DNA of 64,000 nt from a bacterium (GTDB taxonomy: Bacteria; Patescibacteriota; Microgenomatia; UBA1400; UBA12108): NCBI GenBank assembly GCA_037133595.1, contig JBAXNV010000001.1:30479-94478 (forward strand), read 5' to 3'. Positions 1-10,200 of the stretch are shown here, piece after piece (within the stretch, counting starts at the first letter, position 1; each line of letters opens with the position of its first letter). Position numbers and translations under genes: made by a program. The notes below the pieces were generated by a model. The model searched no databases and was not told the origin of the DNA. It saw nothing but the letters and a program-made list of their open reading frames with translations.

Positions 1-386
1 GCGTTAGCCAGTCAGTCGAGATAGACAAAAAGTCAGCCCTTGCTCCACCTGACGTAGATATGGCGCTTTCTCTTCGCGTGTACCAAACACCAGAACTTGC
101 TATTCTGGTCCCAGAAAGTGAGAGAGTGGCAGAAGCAATTTTACCGCTTTCCCAAAGAATCGGGTCCAGTTTTCGCTATGGTGGCTCGCCTAATTTAGTT
201 TTTTATAGTCAAAAGCACGTGACATATTATTACAACGTCGACGAGTGGATTGCCGCGCTAAATTCTATCCCATCTCTTACGATGTTTGCTACCGCCGATA
301 TGCCTCGCCTACCAGCTAGTTACGTTGTTGAATCAATAAATAAAAGTTATGTTACGGCAAGTCAGGGGGAAGATGCTGTCCGTTAG
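1..386 (+). CDS. 3' end of a gene that starts upstream of the window (partial, unknown function)
   Basis: The reading frame of ORF 60..386 has no stop codon from nt 3 to 386, so the listed Met at 60 is probably internal; no recognisable motif. Confidence 0.35.
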   Translation, partial: VSQSVEIDKKSALAPPDVDMALSLRVYQTPELAILVPESERVAEAILPLSQRIGSSFRYGGSPNLVFYSQKHVTYYYNVDEWIAALNSIPSLTMFATADMPRLPASYVVESINKSYVTASQGEDAVR

Positions 387-1149
387 TACACAAATCGCTA
401 GGGAAGATTCGCTAAGTACTTTTGAAGAAATGCTCAAGAGTATAAGTTTTGCTAACGAAATTATCATCTTTAATATGCAAAGGAATGATCAAGAATTTAG
501 AAATATTGCCAACAAATTTCATGCCAAAATTATTGAGGTAAAGACCCCCAAGATCGTAGAAGTAATTCGAGAAGATCAAGTATCGTCTGCAAGTGGCAAC
601 TGGGTTCTAGTAATGGATTTTGACGAAATCATAACGCCAGTTCTTTCAACGGAGATATTAAAGATAACTAAAGAAAATAATTCTGCCTATTCAGGATTTA
701 ACATTCTTCGCCGCAACTATTCGCTTGGTTTTCCGTTAAGTCATGGTGGGTTCGGCGATGATTATGTGTTGAGATTAATTCACAAATCATCTTTTCTTTC
801 TTGGCCAACCAACATTCATTCAACGCCGACTTTCAAAGGCAAAGTGGGCAAGTTAAAAAATTACATGGAACATCATAAGGACGAGAGTGTAGAACAAATG
901 GTGGACAAGACTAATAGATACTCTGATATTGAGTCACAACAATTTCTCGAAGGCAGTCTACCCAAAGTGGTAACAGCTACCCTTATGCGCAAATGGTGGA
1001 TGGAAACATTGCGTAGAGGTGCTTTCAAAGCAGGGTTTCTCGATGGCAAAATAGGCCTGATCCAATCTATCTATCAGGGTTTCTCGGTATTTATTAGCTA
1101 CGCCAAACTTTACGAAAAACAAATCAGTAGTAAGACAACCAAATCATAG
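349..1149 (+). CDS. family 2 glycosyltransferase (GT-A fold)
   Basis: N-terminal region LSVSTQIAREDSLSTFEEMLKSISFANEIIIFN aligns with LSIAIASYNEAENIQPCLESVKDLADEIVVVD of the GT2 ORF at 7727; DxD-like DFDE; start may be the Met at 373. Confidence 0.55.
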   Translation: MLRQVRGKMLSVSTQIAREDSLSTFEEMLKSISFANEIIIFNMQRNDQEFRNIANKFHAKIIEVKTPKIVEVIREDQVSSASGNWVLVMDFDEIITPVLSTEILKITKENNSAYSGFNILRRNYSLGFPLSHGGFGDDYVLRLIHKSSFLSWPTNIHSTPTFKGKVGKLKNYMEHHKDESVEQMVDKTNRYSDIESQQFLEGSLPKVVTATLMRKWWMETLRRGAFKAGFLDGKIGLIQSIYQGFSVFISYAKLYEKQISSKTTKS

Positions 1150-1156
1150 CACTTCG

Positions 1157-1624
1157 ATGATTCGAATCGATGGAGTAATTATGTCACAGGTATCAAAGCG
1201 AAAAATAGATCAAAAAGTTTACGATAAGTTGTTCTCCCTATTGCCGGAATTTATGGGGAGGTTAAGCCGCAATAACCATCAACAAGATTTTGTAAATACA
1301 CTATTCTATACAACCGAGAAGACAATGATCGCCAAAAGGCTTGCAATTGCTTTTATGTTGACCAAAGAATATACGTACAGTCAGATGATCTCCAAACTAA
1401 AGGTCAGTCAGGGTACAGTTGCCAAAGTTGCAGAGATGGTTGGTAACGCCGACAAATCATTTATATCCGAACTTCAAAATATTTCCAAAGAACAGCAATT
1501 TGTCGATTTTCTTGAACTTATCGGTTACAAGATTGAAACCATGCTTCCACCCAAAGGTGGCAACTGGTCCGTGTGGAGGCGTAGAATAGAGAAGGACAAG
1601 CAAAAATCAGAGCAACCATTTTAA
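1157..1624 (+). CDS. TrpR-like (YerC/YecD family) DNA-binding protein
   Basis: Segment MIAKRLAIAFMLTKEYTYSQMISKLKVSQGTVAKVAEM resembles the helix-turn-helix of Trp-repressor-related YerC/YecD proteins; the gene is flanked by GATTCGAATC palindromes. Confidence 0.45.
   Translation: MIRIDGVIMSQVSKRKIDQKVYDKLFSLLPEFMGRLSRNNHQQDFVNTLFYTTEKTMIAKRLAIAFMLTKEYTYSQMISKLKVSQGTVAKVAEMVGNADKSFISELQNISKEQQFVDFLELIGYKIETMLPPKGGNWSVWRRRIEKDKQKSEQPF
1159..1168. promoter_or_regulatory. 10-bp perfect palindrome GATTCGAATC overlapping the start codon of the TrpR-like gene; shares 12 nt (ATGATTCGAATC) with the site at 1634
   Basis: Read directly from the sequence; dyad symmetry. Confidence 0.3.
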
Positions 1625-1633
1625 ATACTACAA

Positions 1634-1647
1634 TGATTCGAATCATC
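1634..1647. promoter_or_regulatory. 14-bp perfect palindrome ATGATTCGAATCAT between the TrpR-like gene stop and the GT4 start; candidate operator
   Basis: Read directly from the sequence; 14 nt upstream of the ATG at 1661. Confidence 0.3.
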
Positions 1648-1660
1648 GAATTAATCAAAT

Positions 1661-2710
1661 ATGAAAATAGATACAAAAAAAGCATTAATTGTTAGCCCAT
1701 ATCTTGATCATCTTGGTGGTGGCGAGCGCTACATGCTTTCAATCGCCTCTGCTCTGGAGTCTCTCAACTATCAAGTGACATTCTCCTGGGACAATATCGA
1801 AGAGATTAACAAACTAGCAGCCATGCTTGGAATAACTTTACAAGATCCCGCCATAGATCAGCGAGTTATGTCTCTATATCACAGCAAAAATCCTATGGCC
1901 ATGTACCTAGCCTCTCGCAGGTATGATCTCACGGTCTATCTTTCTGATGGTTCACTTCCTCTACTCGGTAGTCGCAAAAATCTTATTCACATGCAGGTCC
2001 CATTTCACAATGTCGGTGGAAATAGTTTTAAAAACAAATTTAAAAAAAGATTCTTTAACGACATCATTGTCAACTCACAATTTACCAAAAAAATTATTGA
2101 TCAAGAATTCGGTGTCAACTCAACAGTGTTGTATCCACCAGTTCAGTTAGTGGAAGTGAAAAAAGCAAAAGAAAAAATTATCCTCTCGGTTGGTCGTTTT
2201 GAGCCATCACTCAATACCAAAAAACAGGATATTTTGATCGAAGCTTTTCGCATATTTTCGCCCAAGTTCCCTGAGTGGAAATTGGTTTTGGCTGGAGCTT
2301 CCACCAGCGACGAGTGGATCAATCGTCTTCGCGAAATGGCAGTCGGTCTCCCAATAGAGTTTGCAATTAATGCAACTCACGGTGATCTAAATGATCTATA
2401 TGCTAGATCTACAGTTTATTGGCATGCCGCAGGATATGGAATAAATGAAGCTAAAAACCCCGAGCTAACAGAGCATTTTGGCATTAGTTGCGTAGAGGCC
2501 ATTTCTGCTGGTTGTGCTCCATTTGTTGTTGGTAAGGGTGGGCAGCCAGAAATAGTTAGTGACATATCCTATCATTGGGAGACCCCATCAGACCTCGCCA
2601 TCAAAACAGCAGCATGGATTAACTCTCCAAGAGCTATCCCGACTTTTGCAACAGATTATTCGCTTAAAGCTTTTACCAATCAGCTAAGCACTCTGCTGCA
2701 AAAAATATGA
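1661..2710 (+). CDS. family 4 glycosyltransferase (GT-B)
   Basis: C-terminal EHFGISCVEAISAGCAPFVVGKGGQPEIV, the typical GT4 E-x7-E region; ATGA overlap with the next gene. Confidence 0.7.
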   Translation: MKIDTKKALIVSPYLDHLGGGERYMLSIASALESLNYQVTFSWDNIEEINKLAAMLGITLQDPAIDQRVMSLYHSKNPMAMYLASRRYDLTVYLSDGSLPLLGSRKNLIHMQVPFHNVGGNSFKNKFKKRFFNDIIVNSQFTKKIIDQEFGVNSTVLYPPVQLVEVKKAKEKIILSVGRFEPSLNTKKQDILIEAFRIFSPKFPEWKLVLAGASTSDEWINRLREMAVGLPIEFAINATHGDLNDLYARSTVYWHAAGYGINEAKNPELTEHFGISCVEAISAGCAPFVVGKGGQPEIVSDISYHWETPSDLAIKTAAWINSPRAIPTFATDYSLKAFTNQLSTLLQKI

Positions 2711-4056
2711 AAAAATATTGGCTAATAATTTGGATATTAATTTTCGCTTTCGGGGCAATAGTTAGATTTTTCCAATTTACTTCACGCTCCCCATTTGATT
2801 GGGATCAAAATCGTGATTATGCAGCAGTTGCCTCGATTGTTTCTGGCAAACCAACTCTACTTGGACCTATCGCCAAAGGCGATAATGGTTTTTATATAGG
2901 GCCCTTGTATTATTATCTACTAGTCCCAGGATACATCGTCTCAAAAGGCAATCCAATCTCATTCCCAATAACAAGTATTACTATCGATTTGCTTGGGATT
3001 GCTCTTCTAATTTATCTTGCATATCGGCGTTCGAGCGAGCGCCAAGTTGCAACAATTATCGCTGGCATCTGGTCAATTTCTTGGTTTTGTATCGAAAACT
3101 CTCGCGTGTCGTGGAATGTGGCATTACTATTTTCATGGATGGCCGCAATGTATGTTTTTGCGACGATGCGCAATAACACCAATTTGAGGATATTTTGTTA
3201 TGGCTTGGTAGCGGGTTTAGCCTGGCATATTCACGCTTCGCTCTTGCCGCTTAGCATCATTTTGCCAGTATTTTTCTTGCCCCAATCTACTTCTCGTATC
3301 AAAAGTTATTTACTATTTTGCGTTGGATATTTCGTTCCGCTCATCCCGTTATTGGCTTTTGATTTGCGTCACGCATTTTTTAATCTCAATCTTATGCTTA
3401 ATTTTGTCTCCACTCAAAACGACTTGCCTCACTCATCTATTACTTCAATTATCATAGATGTTATCGCCAAATTGGGTCGAAATACCATGGGAATCATAGG
3501 GGGTCCTCTTCGCTCCAATGTTTGGGTTGGGATTGCCGTAATGATGCTAGCATTGTGGGGGTTATTTACTCGCCGCCGCACTACTTTGTGGGCCAGTGTA
3601 ATCATATTTTTTAACTTTATATTTGTGGTAGCTTTGCGTGACCTACGCTTTCCCGAATATTATCTTGCTGCCAGTTATCTACCGGTTCTAATTTTGTTAT
3701 TCAATTTACGAATAAAGTTTGTTATACCTACGCTCGCTCTTTTGTTAATTGCGTTCTTCAATATTTCCTCGTACTCAATCGCTCCAAGCCCATATTCTTT
3801 GGCTAATAAAATTTTGCTTACGCAAAAAGTTTCTTCCTTAAAAGCCTCAATCGATGCGCGCTATGAGCTATCTCCTGGTAGGGAAGGGGGGATTGTGCCC
3901 CTTTTGCAAAAAGCAGGCGTTACAATCAACCAATCAGCTGACACTAAGATTATCTTTACGGATAAACTAGACGGCCAAGTTACAATCGGCAGTATGTTCG
4001 CTACAGATCTAATTCGCATCGGTGGCTTACGCGCCGCCATCTATAAGGTACAATAA
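2707..4056 (+). CDS. polytopic membrane protein, probable GT-C type glycosyltransferase
   Basis: More than 10 predicted hydrophobic helices; translationally coupled within the GT operon. Confidence 0.45.
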   Translation: MKKYWLIIWILIFAFGAIVRFFQFTSRSPFDWDQNRDYAAVASIVSGKPTLLGPIAKGDNGFYIGPLYYYLLVPGYIVSKGNPISFPITSITIDLLGIALLIYLAYRRSSERQVATIIAGIWSISWFCIENSRVSWNVALLFSWMAAMYVFATMRNNTNLRIFCYGLVAGLAWHIHASLLPLSIILPVFFLPQSTSRIKSYLLFCVGYFVPLIPLLAFDLRHAFFNLNLMLNFVSTQNDLPHSSITSIIIDVIAKLGRNTMGIIGGPLRSNVWVGIAVMMLALWGLFTRRRTTLWASVIIFFNFIFVVALRDLRFPEYYLAASYLPVLILLFNLRIKFVIPTLALLLIAFFNISSYSIAPSPYSLANKILLTQKVSSLKASIDARYELSPGREGGIVPLLQKAGVTINQSADTKIIFTDKLDGQVTIGSMFATDLIRIGGLRAAIYKVQ

Positions 4057-4063
4057 TAAGAAT

Positions 4064-4966
4064 ATGAAAAACCAAATGCCATCTGTTAGTGTCGTAATAC
4101 CAAGTTGGAACAGTGAATCACAAATGAAGCAAAACTTACCTTATGTTTTTGCAGCCGCCAAAAAAGTTGACGCCGAAATAATAATTGTCGACGATGCAAG
4201 CGCTTTCGACAAATCCTACGTTTACATCAAATCACTCAAAGACAAAGTTCGTGGCTACGAAAATAAGACTAATCTCGGATATTCCGCTACCGTTAATCGT
4301 GGGGTTACCCTAGCCAAAGGTGATCTTATCATGCTACTTAACACAGATGTTCGTCCAGAGCCAGATTGTTTTCTCAATGCGCTTGCATACTTCGAGGACG
4401 ATTCGGTCTATTCGGTTGGATTCAATAGTGGTGAGGCTTGGATGGGTGCCGAGTGGGACAGAGGGCTCTTGCAACACTTCAAGGTGGAGCCAACCAATGA
4501 CAATAAAAATAAGGTTAATTCAACTTGTTGGGCAAGTGGTGGCCAGGCGGCTTTTGATCGCAAAAAATGGCTTGCATTAGGAGGTATGGACCTTTTGTTC
4601 AAACCATTTTACTGGGAAGATACCGATATGGGTTATCGTAGCTGGAAAAGAGGTTGGCAAAATCTATGGGGTCCAACCTGCAAATGTGTTCATGATCACA
4701 AGAAAAGTGTAATTGCCAATAACTTTACCAAAGAATTCGTAATGGCCACCGCCCAAAGAAATCAATTTCTCTTTCTCTGGAAAAATATTTCTGACCTGGG
4801 GTATCTTCTCTCTCACCTTATCCGCTTACCCTATTATTTGCTCAAATATCCAGGTCCTGTTGGGAAAGCTATTCTACTTCTTCCCAAGGCGCTTATTGCC
4901 AGGAGTAAAGAAAGTAAGTATTGGGTAAAGAGCGATCGTGATATCCTTAAGACATGGTCAAGATAA
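4064..4966 (+). CDS. family 2 glycosyltransferase (DPM1/ArnC-like, possible polyprenyl-phosphate glycosyltransferase)
   Basis: VSVVIPSWNSE...AEIIIVDDASAFD... GT2 N-terminus with DDA; ATG at 4064 preferred over the GTG at 4022 that overlaps the upstream gene. Confidence 0.65.
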   Translation: MKNQMPSVSVVIPSWNSESQMKQNLPYVFAAAKKVDAEIIIVDDASAFDKSYVYIKSLKDKVRGYENKTNLGYSATVNRGVTLAKGDLIMLLNTDVRPEPDCFLNALAYFEDDSVYSVGFNSGEAWMGAEWDRGLLQHFKVEPTNDNKNKVNSTCWASGGQAAFDRKKWLALGGMDLLFKPFYWEDTDMGYRSWKRGWQNLWGPTCKCVHDHKKSVIANNFTKEFVMATAQRNQFLFLWKNISDLGYLLSHLIRLPYYLLKYPGPVGKAILLLPKALIARSKESKYWVKSDRDILKTWSR

Positions 4967-6060
4967 AAGATATTTTGTTACGTCTCCTAGTGTGGTGCTT
5001 GGTAGTCCTAGCTGTTATGGTTCTGGGATATTTTTTACTTCCCTCACGCTATGCTCCCTTGGCATTTCTTGCTCCAATTTATCGTAGTACTTTTCTTCTA
5101 TGGTCTTGGGCCAACTTTGATGGAGAGCATTATTTACTTATTGCCCAGTATGGGTATCAGATGATTGCTGGGCAATCAGAATACGCTTTTTTCCCACTTT
5201 TCCCTCTCGTGATTCGTTTCGTAGGTATGCTACTTCTTGGTGATTATTATCTCGCTAGTCATTTAATTGTTATTTGTTCATTGATTGGTTTTGCGTATTT
5301 TCTCACTCGTTGGACCAGTAAGATGGGGGGCAAGCTATATTCAATACTCTTGCAAGAACTAATATTTCCTGGAGCAATATTCTTGGCAAGTATTTACACT
5401 GAGCCGCTTTATTTGTTTCTTACAATCATAGTTTTTATTTTTGCAGAAAATAAACAGTGGGGCAGAGCTGCACTATTTACGGCATTCGCAACCGCTACTC
5501 GCATTAATGGGGTATTCCTCGTGCTATTTTTATTAATAAAAATGTTTCGCCAAAAACTAACTCCATTATCCATAATTTCAAATTCATTGTTATCCATATC
5601 TGGCTTGCTCAGTTACATGACATATTTATATCTCACGACCGGCAACGCTCTTTCATTTTATGTTGCACAGTCGGGTTGGGGCAAAAGCACACTTACAATG
5701 CCATGGGACACAGTTATTAGGTATACCCAAGCGCTTACTACAGGATTTATCCCCGACCTTACTCATCTTGTTGTTGCAGTAGAGGTAGTAGTCACGCTGT
5801 ATTTAATTACACTTTTCGTACTTTCATATATTCGTCATACACTTGATTTAGCGTACCTGATCTATTGTTTGGGTAATTTAGCTTTACCACTTGCGACAGG
5901 GAGTCTAGGTAGTATGCCCCGTTTTGGGCTTCTCTTGTTCCCATTGTTCTTGGTACTTGGTAGCTTTAGCAAGCCAAAGCGCGTTATACTATATGTAGTC
6001 TCCGGCACACTTGCAGTCATAGGAGTAATCTTGTTTACGAGAGGATATTGGTGGGCATGA
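4954..6060 (+). CDS. polytopic membrane glycosyltransferase, GT-C (PIG-V/DUF2029-like mannosyltransferase family)
   Basis: WANFDGEHYLLIAQYGY...FFPLFPLVIRF motif; paralogue of 14143..15252 (WDGPSYVVVAKSLYDP...HFPAMPLLIRAF). Confidence 0.45.
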   Translation: MVKIKDILLRLLVWCLVVLAVMVLGYFLLPSRYAPLAFLAPIYRSTFLLWSWANFDGEHYLLIAQYGYQMIAGQSEYAFFPLFPLVIRFVGMLLLGDYYLASHLIVICSLIGFAYFLTRWTSKMGGKLYSILLQELIFPGAIFLASIYTEPLYLFLTIIVFIFAENKQWGRAALFTAFATATRINGVFLVLFLLIKMFRQKLTPLSIISNSLLSISGLLSYMTYLYLTTGNALSFYVAQSGWGKSTLTMPWDTVIRYTQALTTGFIPDLTHLVVAVEVVVTLYLITLFVLSYIRHTLDLAYLIYCLGNLALPLATGSLGSMPRFGLLLFPLFLVLGSFSKPKRVILYVVSGTLAVIGVILFTRGYWWA

Positions 6061-7730
6061 AAAAAATACTTTCAATCAAGTGGATTATTATTTTTGCAGC
6101 CGTACTTAGGCTTTCATTCTTAGGTAGTGCTCCAATCTCTCTTAATTGGGACGAAATAAGTATGGGCTATACAGCGTATTCTGTAGGAGCTACTGGTCGC
6201 GATGAATGGGGAGAGTTATTGCCAATATTTTTTCGTTCCTACGGAGAGTGGAAAAGTGCGGTTTACATTTACCTACTAGTACCTTTTATAAAAGTCTTGG
6301 GGCTAAATGCTTGGGCGGTTCGCCTTCCTTCAGCACTTGCCGGGATTGGTGCTGTTTATCTTATATATTTACTTGGCAAAAGACTTTATAGTGAGAAAGT
6401 TGGGCTCTGGTCTGCGCTTTTAATCGCAGTTACTCCATGGCATCTCGTGCTATCCCGGCCTGCATTCGAGGCCAATGTATCACTTACCCTCCTCCTACTT
6501 GGAATTTACGGATTTGTTAGAGCATGGCAAACTCACTGGCAGTGGCAGGGTCTCGCACTTTCACTCATTGGTTTTGGCCTTGCTCCACATACTTACAACA
6601 GTGGCAAGATCGTAGTGCCCTTTCTCGTGCTTTATCTAGTCGTTGCAACCAAGTTTTACAAATCAATAAAAAACTGCGCATTATACTTTGGGGTTCTTGC
6701 AGTTTTTGCTCTCCCCATTCTTCTCAATATGGCAACTGGTCGTGCCCAATATCGCTATACTCAGGTCGGGGTGACAACAGATCAGTCAGCTGTGGCCAAG
6801 TTTTACGACAGTAGGAAAACCTTCCCTCTCCCAGAACTTGCCAACAAGATCCTATTCAACCAAGGCACTTTCTTTGTGTACAAGGTAGTCGACAATTGGC
6901 TTTCATACTTTGATCCTAGCTTTCTATTTATCGAGGCCGGTGATCATCGTCAGCATCATGTTCCATATCGCGGAGTTCTTTATCTAGTCGAAGGTTTATT
7001 TATTGTTTATGGACTTAAAGTTTTGTCATCTCGAGCACAGTCGAGAGATCTATCTTCAAGATTCCTCCACTTCGGTCGGAATGACACTGTATCTCTGAAA
7101 TTTCTTCCGTTTGTCATAATCGCCCTCGGCTTCCTCCCAGGAGCTCTTACTCGCGACTCCGAGCATGTGCTACGAACCATTCTCGCAATACCTGGATTTG
7201 TATTATTAGCAGCAGTCGGTGTAGATTATCTTCAAAACAACAAGAATCTTGGTCGACTTTTCACTTACTCATTATATTTCCTAACATTTGAGATTTTCAC
7301 TTTCTTAGTTATGTATTTTGCCTGGTATCCTCGCCTCACGGCATCCGACTGGCAATATGGACACAAACAAGTCGCCATCTATTTACAGCAGCACGAAGCC
7401 GAGTATGACAAGATCATAATGACCAAATGGTTCGGCGAGCCGCAGCTATTTTTGGCTTTTTACAACAAATGGGATCCTGTGTGGTATCAACAAGAGAACA
7501 AAAAATTGATTAGCTACGAGGGTGATGGACGTCTTTGGCTGGATCAGCTCCCAGAATATAGTTTTGGCAAATATACTTTCCGTTACCTCAATTGGCAATC
7601 AGAATCAAGGGCAAAAAACACACTATATATAAGTAAATGGGACGACTTCTATCAAGATAGCGATTACCAGGGTACAATAAAGTATCCTGATGGTAGTATA
7701 GCTTTTCAATTAGTAAGGGGAGACAAATGA
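6057..7730 (+). CDS. GT-C glycosyltransferase, ArnT/PMT-like (GT39/GT83)
   Basis: LNWDEISMGYTAYSV..GRDEWGELLP with DE motif in loop 1; more than 10 TM segments; paralogue of 10197..11849; ATG at 6057 overlaps the upstream stop (ATGA). Confidence 0.65.
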   Translation: MKKILSIKWIIIFAAVLRLSFLGSAPISLNWDEISMGYTAYSVGATGRDEWGELLPIFFRSYGEWKSAVYIYLLVPFIKVLGLNAWAVRLPSALAGIGAVYLIYLLGKRLYSEKVGLWSALLIAVTPWHLVLSRPAFEANVSLTLLLLGIYGFVRAWQTHWQWQGLALSLIGFGLAPHTYNSGKIVVPFLVLYLVVATKFYKSIKNCALYFGVLAVFALPILLNMATGRAQYRYTQVGVTTDQSAVAKFYDSRKTFPLPELANKILFNQGTFFVYKVVDNWLSYFDPSFLFIEAGDHRQHHVPYRGVLYLVEGLFIVYGLKVLSSRAQSRDLSSRFLHFGRNDTVSLKFLPFVIIALGFLPGALTRDSEHVLRTILAIPGFVLLAAVGVDYLQNNKNLGRLFTYSLYFLTFEIFTFLVMYFAWYPRLTASDWQYGHKQVAIYLQQHEAEYDKIIMTKWFGEPQLFLAFYNKWDPVWYQQENKKLISYEGDGRLWLDQLPEYSFGKYTFRYLNWQSESRAKNTLYISKWDDFYQDSDYQGTIKYPDGSIAFQLVRGDK

Positions 7731-8545
7731 GCGACACAAATATCAAATTATCCATAGCTATTGCCTCATATAATGAGGCAGAAAATATTCAGCCTTGTCT
7801 CGAATCAGTCAAAGACCTTGCTGATGAGATAGTGGTTGTTGACGGTACTTCTACCGATAAAACAGCTGAACTCGCAAGAGAGATGGGTGCAGCAGTTATC
7901 GTAGTCCCCAATCAAAAGAATTTTCACATCAACAAGACGCTTGCAATCGATAATTGTCATGGAGAGTGGATCCTGCAGCTAGATGCCGACGAGAGGGTAA
8001 GTACAGCGCTAGCGCAAGAAATTAAGACAATAATCAGTAGTCCCAACTCTGTTTCGTACGCCGCTTTTTATCTTAAAAGGCGCAACTACTTTCTTGGGCG
8101 TTGGATGAACAAAGGGGGTATGTACCCAGATCCAGTGATTAGACTTTTTCAAAAGGGAAGAGCGCATCTGCCAGAAAAAACGGTACACGAGTTAATGGTT
8201 GTCGATGGGGAGACGAGTTGGCTGGATAATGACCTATTGCATATCGCTGATCCCACCTTTTCTCGCTACCTCAAACGTAGCAATAGATACACTACTTTGC
8301 AAGCCGAAGAATGGCTCAAAGATGGCAAGATTGGCTTGGGCTGGCCCACAATCATCCTATACTGTTTTGGCAAACCAATTTATCGCTTCTTTGAGATATA
8401 TCTACGCCACAAAGGTCTTCTGGACGGGTTTCCAGGGTTTGTATTTGCACTCTATTCAGGCCTTCATATAACCAGTTCTTATGTAAAGTATTATGAAAAA
8501 AGAAAGTCTGGCAAAGGTATTACTCTTTCAACGGACTGGGAATAA
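7727..8545 (+). CDS. family 2 glycosyltransferase
   Basis: LSIAIASYNEAENI...EIVVVDGTSTDKT, DADE (DxD). Confidence 0.65.
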   Translation: MSDTNIKLSIAIASYNEAENIQPCLESVKDLADEIVVVDGTSTDKTAELAREMGAAVIVVPNQKNFHINKTLAIDNCHGEWILQLDADERVSTALAQEIKTIISSPNSVSYAAFYLKRRNYFLGRWMNKGGMYPDPVIRLFQKGRAHLPEKTVHELMVVDGETSWLDNDLLHIADPTFSRYLKRSNRYTTLQAEEWLKDGKIGLGWPTIILYCFGKPIYRFFEIYLRHKGLLDGFPGFVFALYSGLHITSSYVKYYEKRKSGKGITLSTDWE

Positions 8546-8547
8546 CT

Positions 8548-10200
8548 ATGATCAGGCGACACTGGTTTTTTCTTACGATACTTACGATATTTTCATTTTG
8601 GTCTATCAAAATAATTTTTGCTCCCGGAATGATGCAAACACATGATGGGCTTTGGCAGGTTCAGCGCGCATCGATAATGTTTGACACTCTCAAGTCTGGT
8701 CAATTCCCTGCCCGTTGGGCATCTAGTCCAGATAATGGGTATGGGATACCACTTTTCAATTTCATCTATCCAGCTCCATATTATCTTGCCGCTCCGTTTA
8801 TGTTTTTGGGTATCGTCAATATCACCTCGATCAAAATTGTTACGATCTTTGCATATTTTTTGGGTGGATTTGGGATTTATTATCTATTTCGCAAGCATCG
8901 CATTGTAGCGCTTGCTACTGCCATTCTCTATATTCTCAATCCATATCAGTTCGTCAACATATTCGTTCGTGGTGCACTCGGCGAGACGCTTGTTATTGGT
9001 CTTGCGCCATGGGTTGTTGCAAGTGCAATGGCTCTTAAGGATCGTCGTTTGCGTTGGTATGACCCAATCGCCTTTGCGCTTGCTTTAATCTCGCACAATT
9101 TCTTAGGATTACTATTGGGAGCGATTGTATTATTTTACGGGATCGCTCTCGGTGTCTGGAAGCGCGCTTTATTGTTTGTACTATTATCAATTGGCCTTGC
9201 CTCATTTTTCCTAGTTCCCATGATTATTGAGCGCAAAGATCTGCTCTCTTCTGCTACCAGCAATTTCACATACATTTGGAGTGATCACTTTATCTACCCC
9301 AAGCAACTTATATATAGCAAATGGGATTATTGGTACTCTATGCCAGGTGACTTGCAGGACGGCATGACTTTTCAGCTTGGCTTTGCCAATCTTGTTGTCC
9401 TGGCACTTTATACTGGGTGGTATCTAGTTCGTTTTCGCAAAATGTCGGCCAAAAATAAGCTTCAGTATGGCTTTTGGCCTCTTATGGCTTTCGGGCTAAT
9501 GCTTGCAATGATCCCCGCGGGTCGATTTATCTGGGAGTTGTTTCCGATCCTTCAGACAATGCAGTTTCCATGGAGGCTACTTGGGCTTATGACTGTTGTT
9601 GTTGGTGTAATGACAGGACTATTGTTAACCAAAAGAATTTCTCATCATCGCCTTTCTGGGTTATTGTTATTACTTGCTCTCGTCTTACTGTCTCTTGTTA
9701 ATACTCGCAATTATCATCGGCCGATGAGGATAATGACTAGCGAGGAATTTCGCGTAACGAACGAAGTTTTTGCAGACAAAACCACAACTTCACTTCGCGC
9801 CGAAGTTGTACCCAAATGGGCAAGTATTGAGCGTTATCAGCCACTAAGCTTGCGATTATTTAATCCTAGGTTAGGCATGTTATCAGGGAACGCAGAGATC
9901 AATTCAGCAACTGATAATCCAGGTGATTTACGCTTCAAGGCTACCGCCGAAAACGAGCGCGCAACAGCCATTTATTATCGCAATTATTACCCCATTTGGC
10001 AGGCAACAATAGATGGTAAACCATTGGCTATCTCTCCAACCGACTCAGGTGAAATCTCAATTCCACTGACTCAAGGTATTCATGATTATCATATCTATTT
10101 GCACAATACCAAAGCCGCAAGCGTAGGTAACTGGGTCTCTCTATTATCACTTGCCGTAGTCATTACCATGGCGACAATAGAGCGTAAGGCCAAATCATGA
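8548..10200 (+). CDS. large polytopic membrane protein (PTPS-related/YfhO-like), presumed GT-C type glycosyltransferase
   Basis: N-terminal ..QTHDGLWQVQRA...GQFPARWAS..NGYGIPLFNFIYPAPYY; many TM helices. Confidence 0.4.
   Translation: MIRRHWFFLTILTIFSFWSIKIIFAPGMMQTHDGLWQVQRASIMFDTLKSGQFPARWASSPDNGYGIPLFNFIYPAPYYLAAPFMFLGIVNITSIKIVTIFAYFLGGFGIYYLFRKHRIVALATAILYILNPYQFVNIFVRGALGETLVIGLAPWVVASAMALKDRRLRWYDPIAFALALISHNFLGLLLGAIVLFYGIALGVWKRALLFVLLSIGLASFFLVPMIIERKDLLSSATSNFTYIWSDHFIYPKQLIYSKWDYWYSMPGDLQDGMTFQLGFANLVVLALYTGWYLVRFRKMSAKNKLQYGFWPLMAFGLMLAMIPAGRFIWELFPILQTMQFPWRLLGLMTVVVGVMTGLLLTKRISHHRLSGLLLLLALVLLSLVNTRNYHRPMRIMTSEEFRVTNEVFADKTTTSLRAEVVPKWASIERYQPLSLRLFNPRLGMLSGNAEINSATDNPGDLRFKATAENERATAIYYRNYYPIWQATIDGKPLAISPTDSGEISIPLTQGIHDYHIYLHNTKAASVGNWVSLLSLAVVITMATIERKAKS

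Noticed and set aside
60-386. Independent 108-aa gene starting at the Met at 60
   Set aside because: The frame is open all the way back to nt 3, so this is more parsimoniously the C-terminal part of a gene that begins upstream of the window.
1923-2150. 75-aa plus-strand ORF in the six-frame track
   Set aside because: Lies entirely inside the GT4 gene 1661-2710 in another frame, has low-complexity composition and no motif. The same reasoning applies to the other short nested ORFs, for example 4320-4580, 4408-4602, 5409-5597, 6206-6391, 6524-6814, 8199-8471, 8681-8908, 9474-9701, 11123-11350, 13616-13993, 13824-14066, 14589-14795, 16709-17098, 17364-17579, 17665-17856, 18643-18825, 19457-19876, 19847-20125, 21082-21342, 22077-22298, 25810-26244, 30256-30888, 32057-32392, 39407-39694, 41619-42446, 43039-43356, 44735-44974, 45489-45753, 46502-46819, 48685-49104, 51635-52193, 56254-56661 and 60610-61177.
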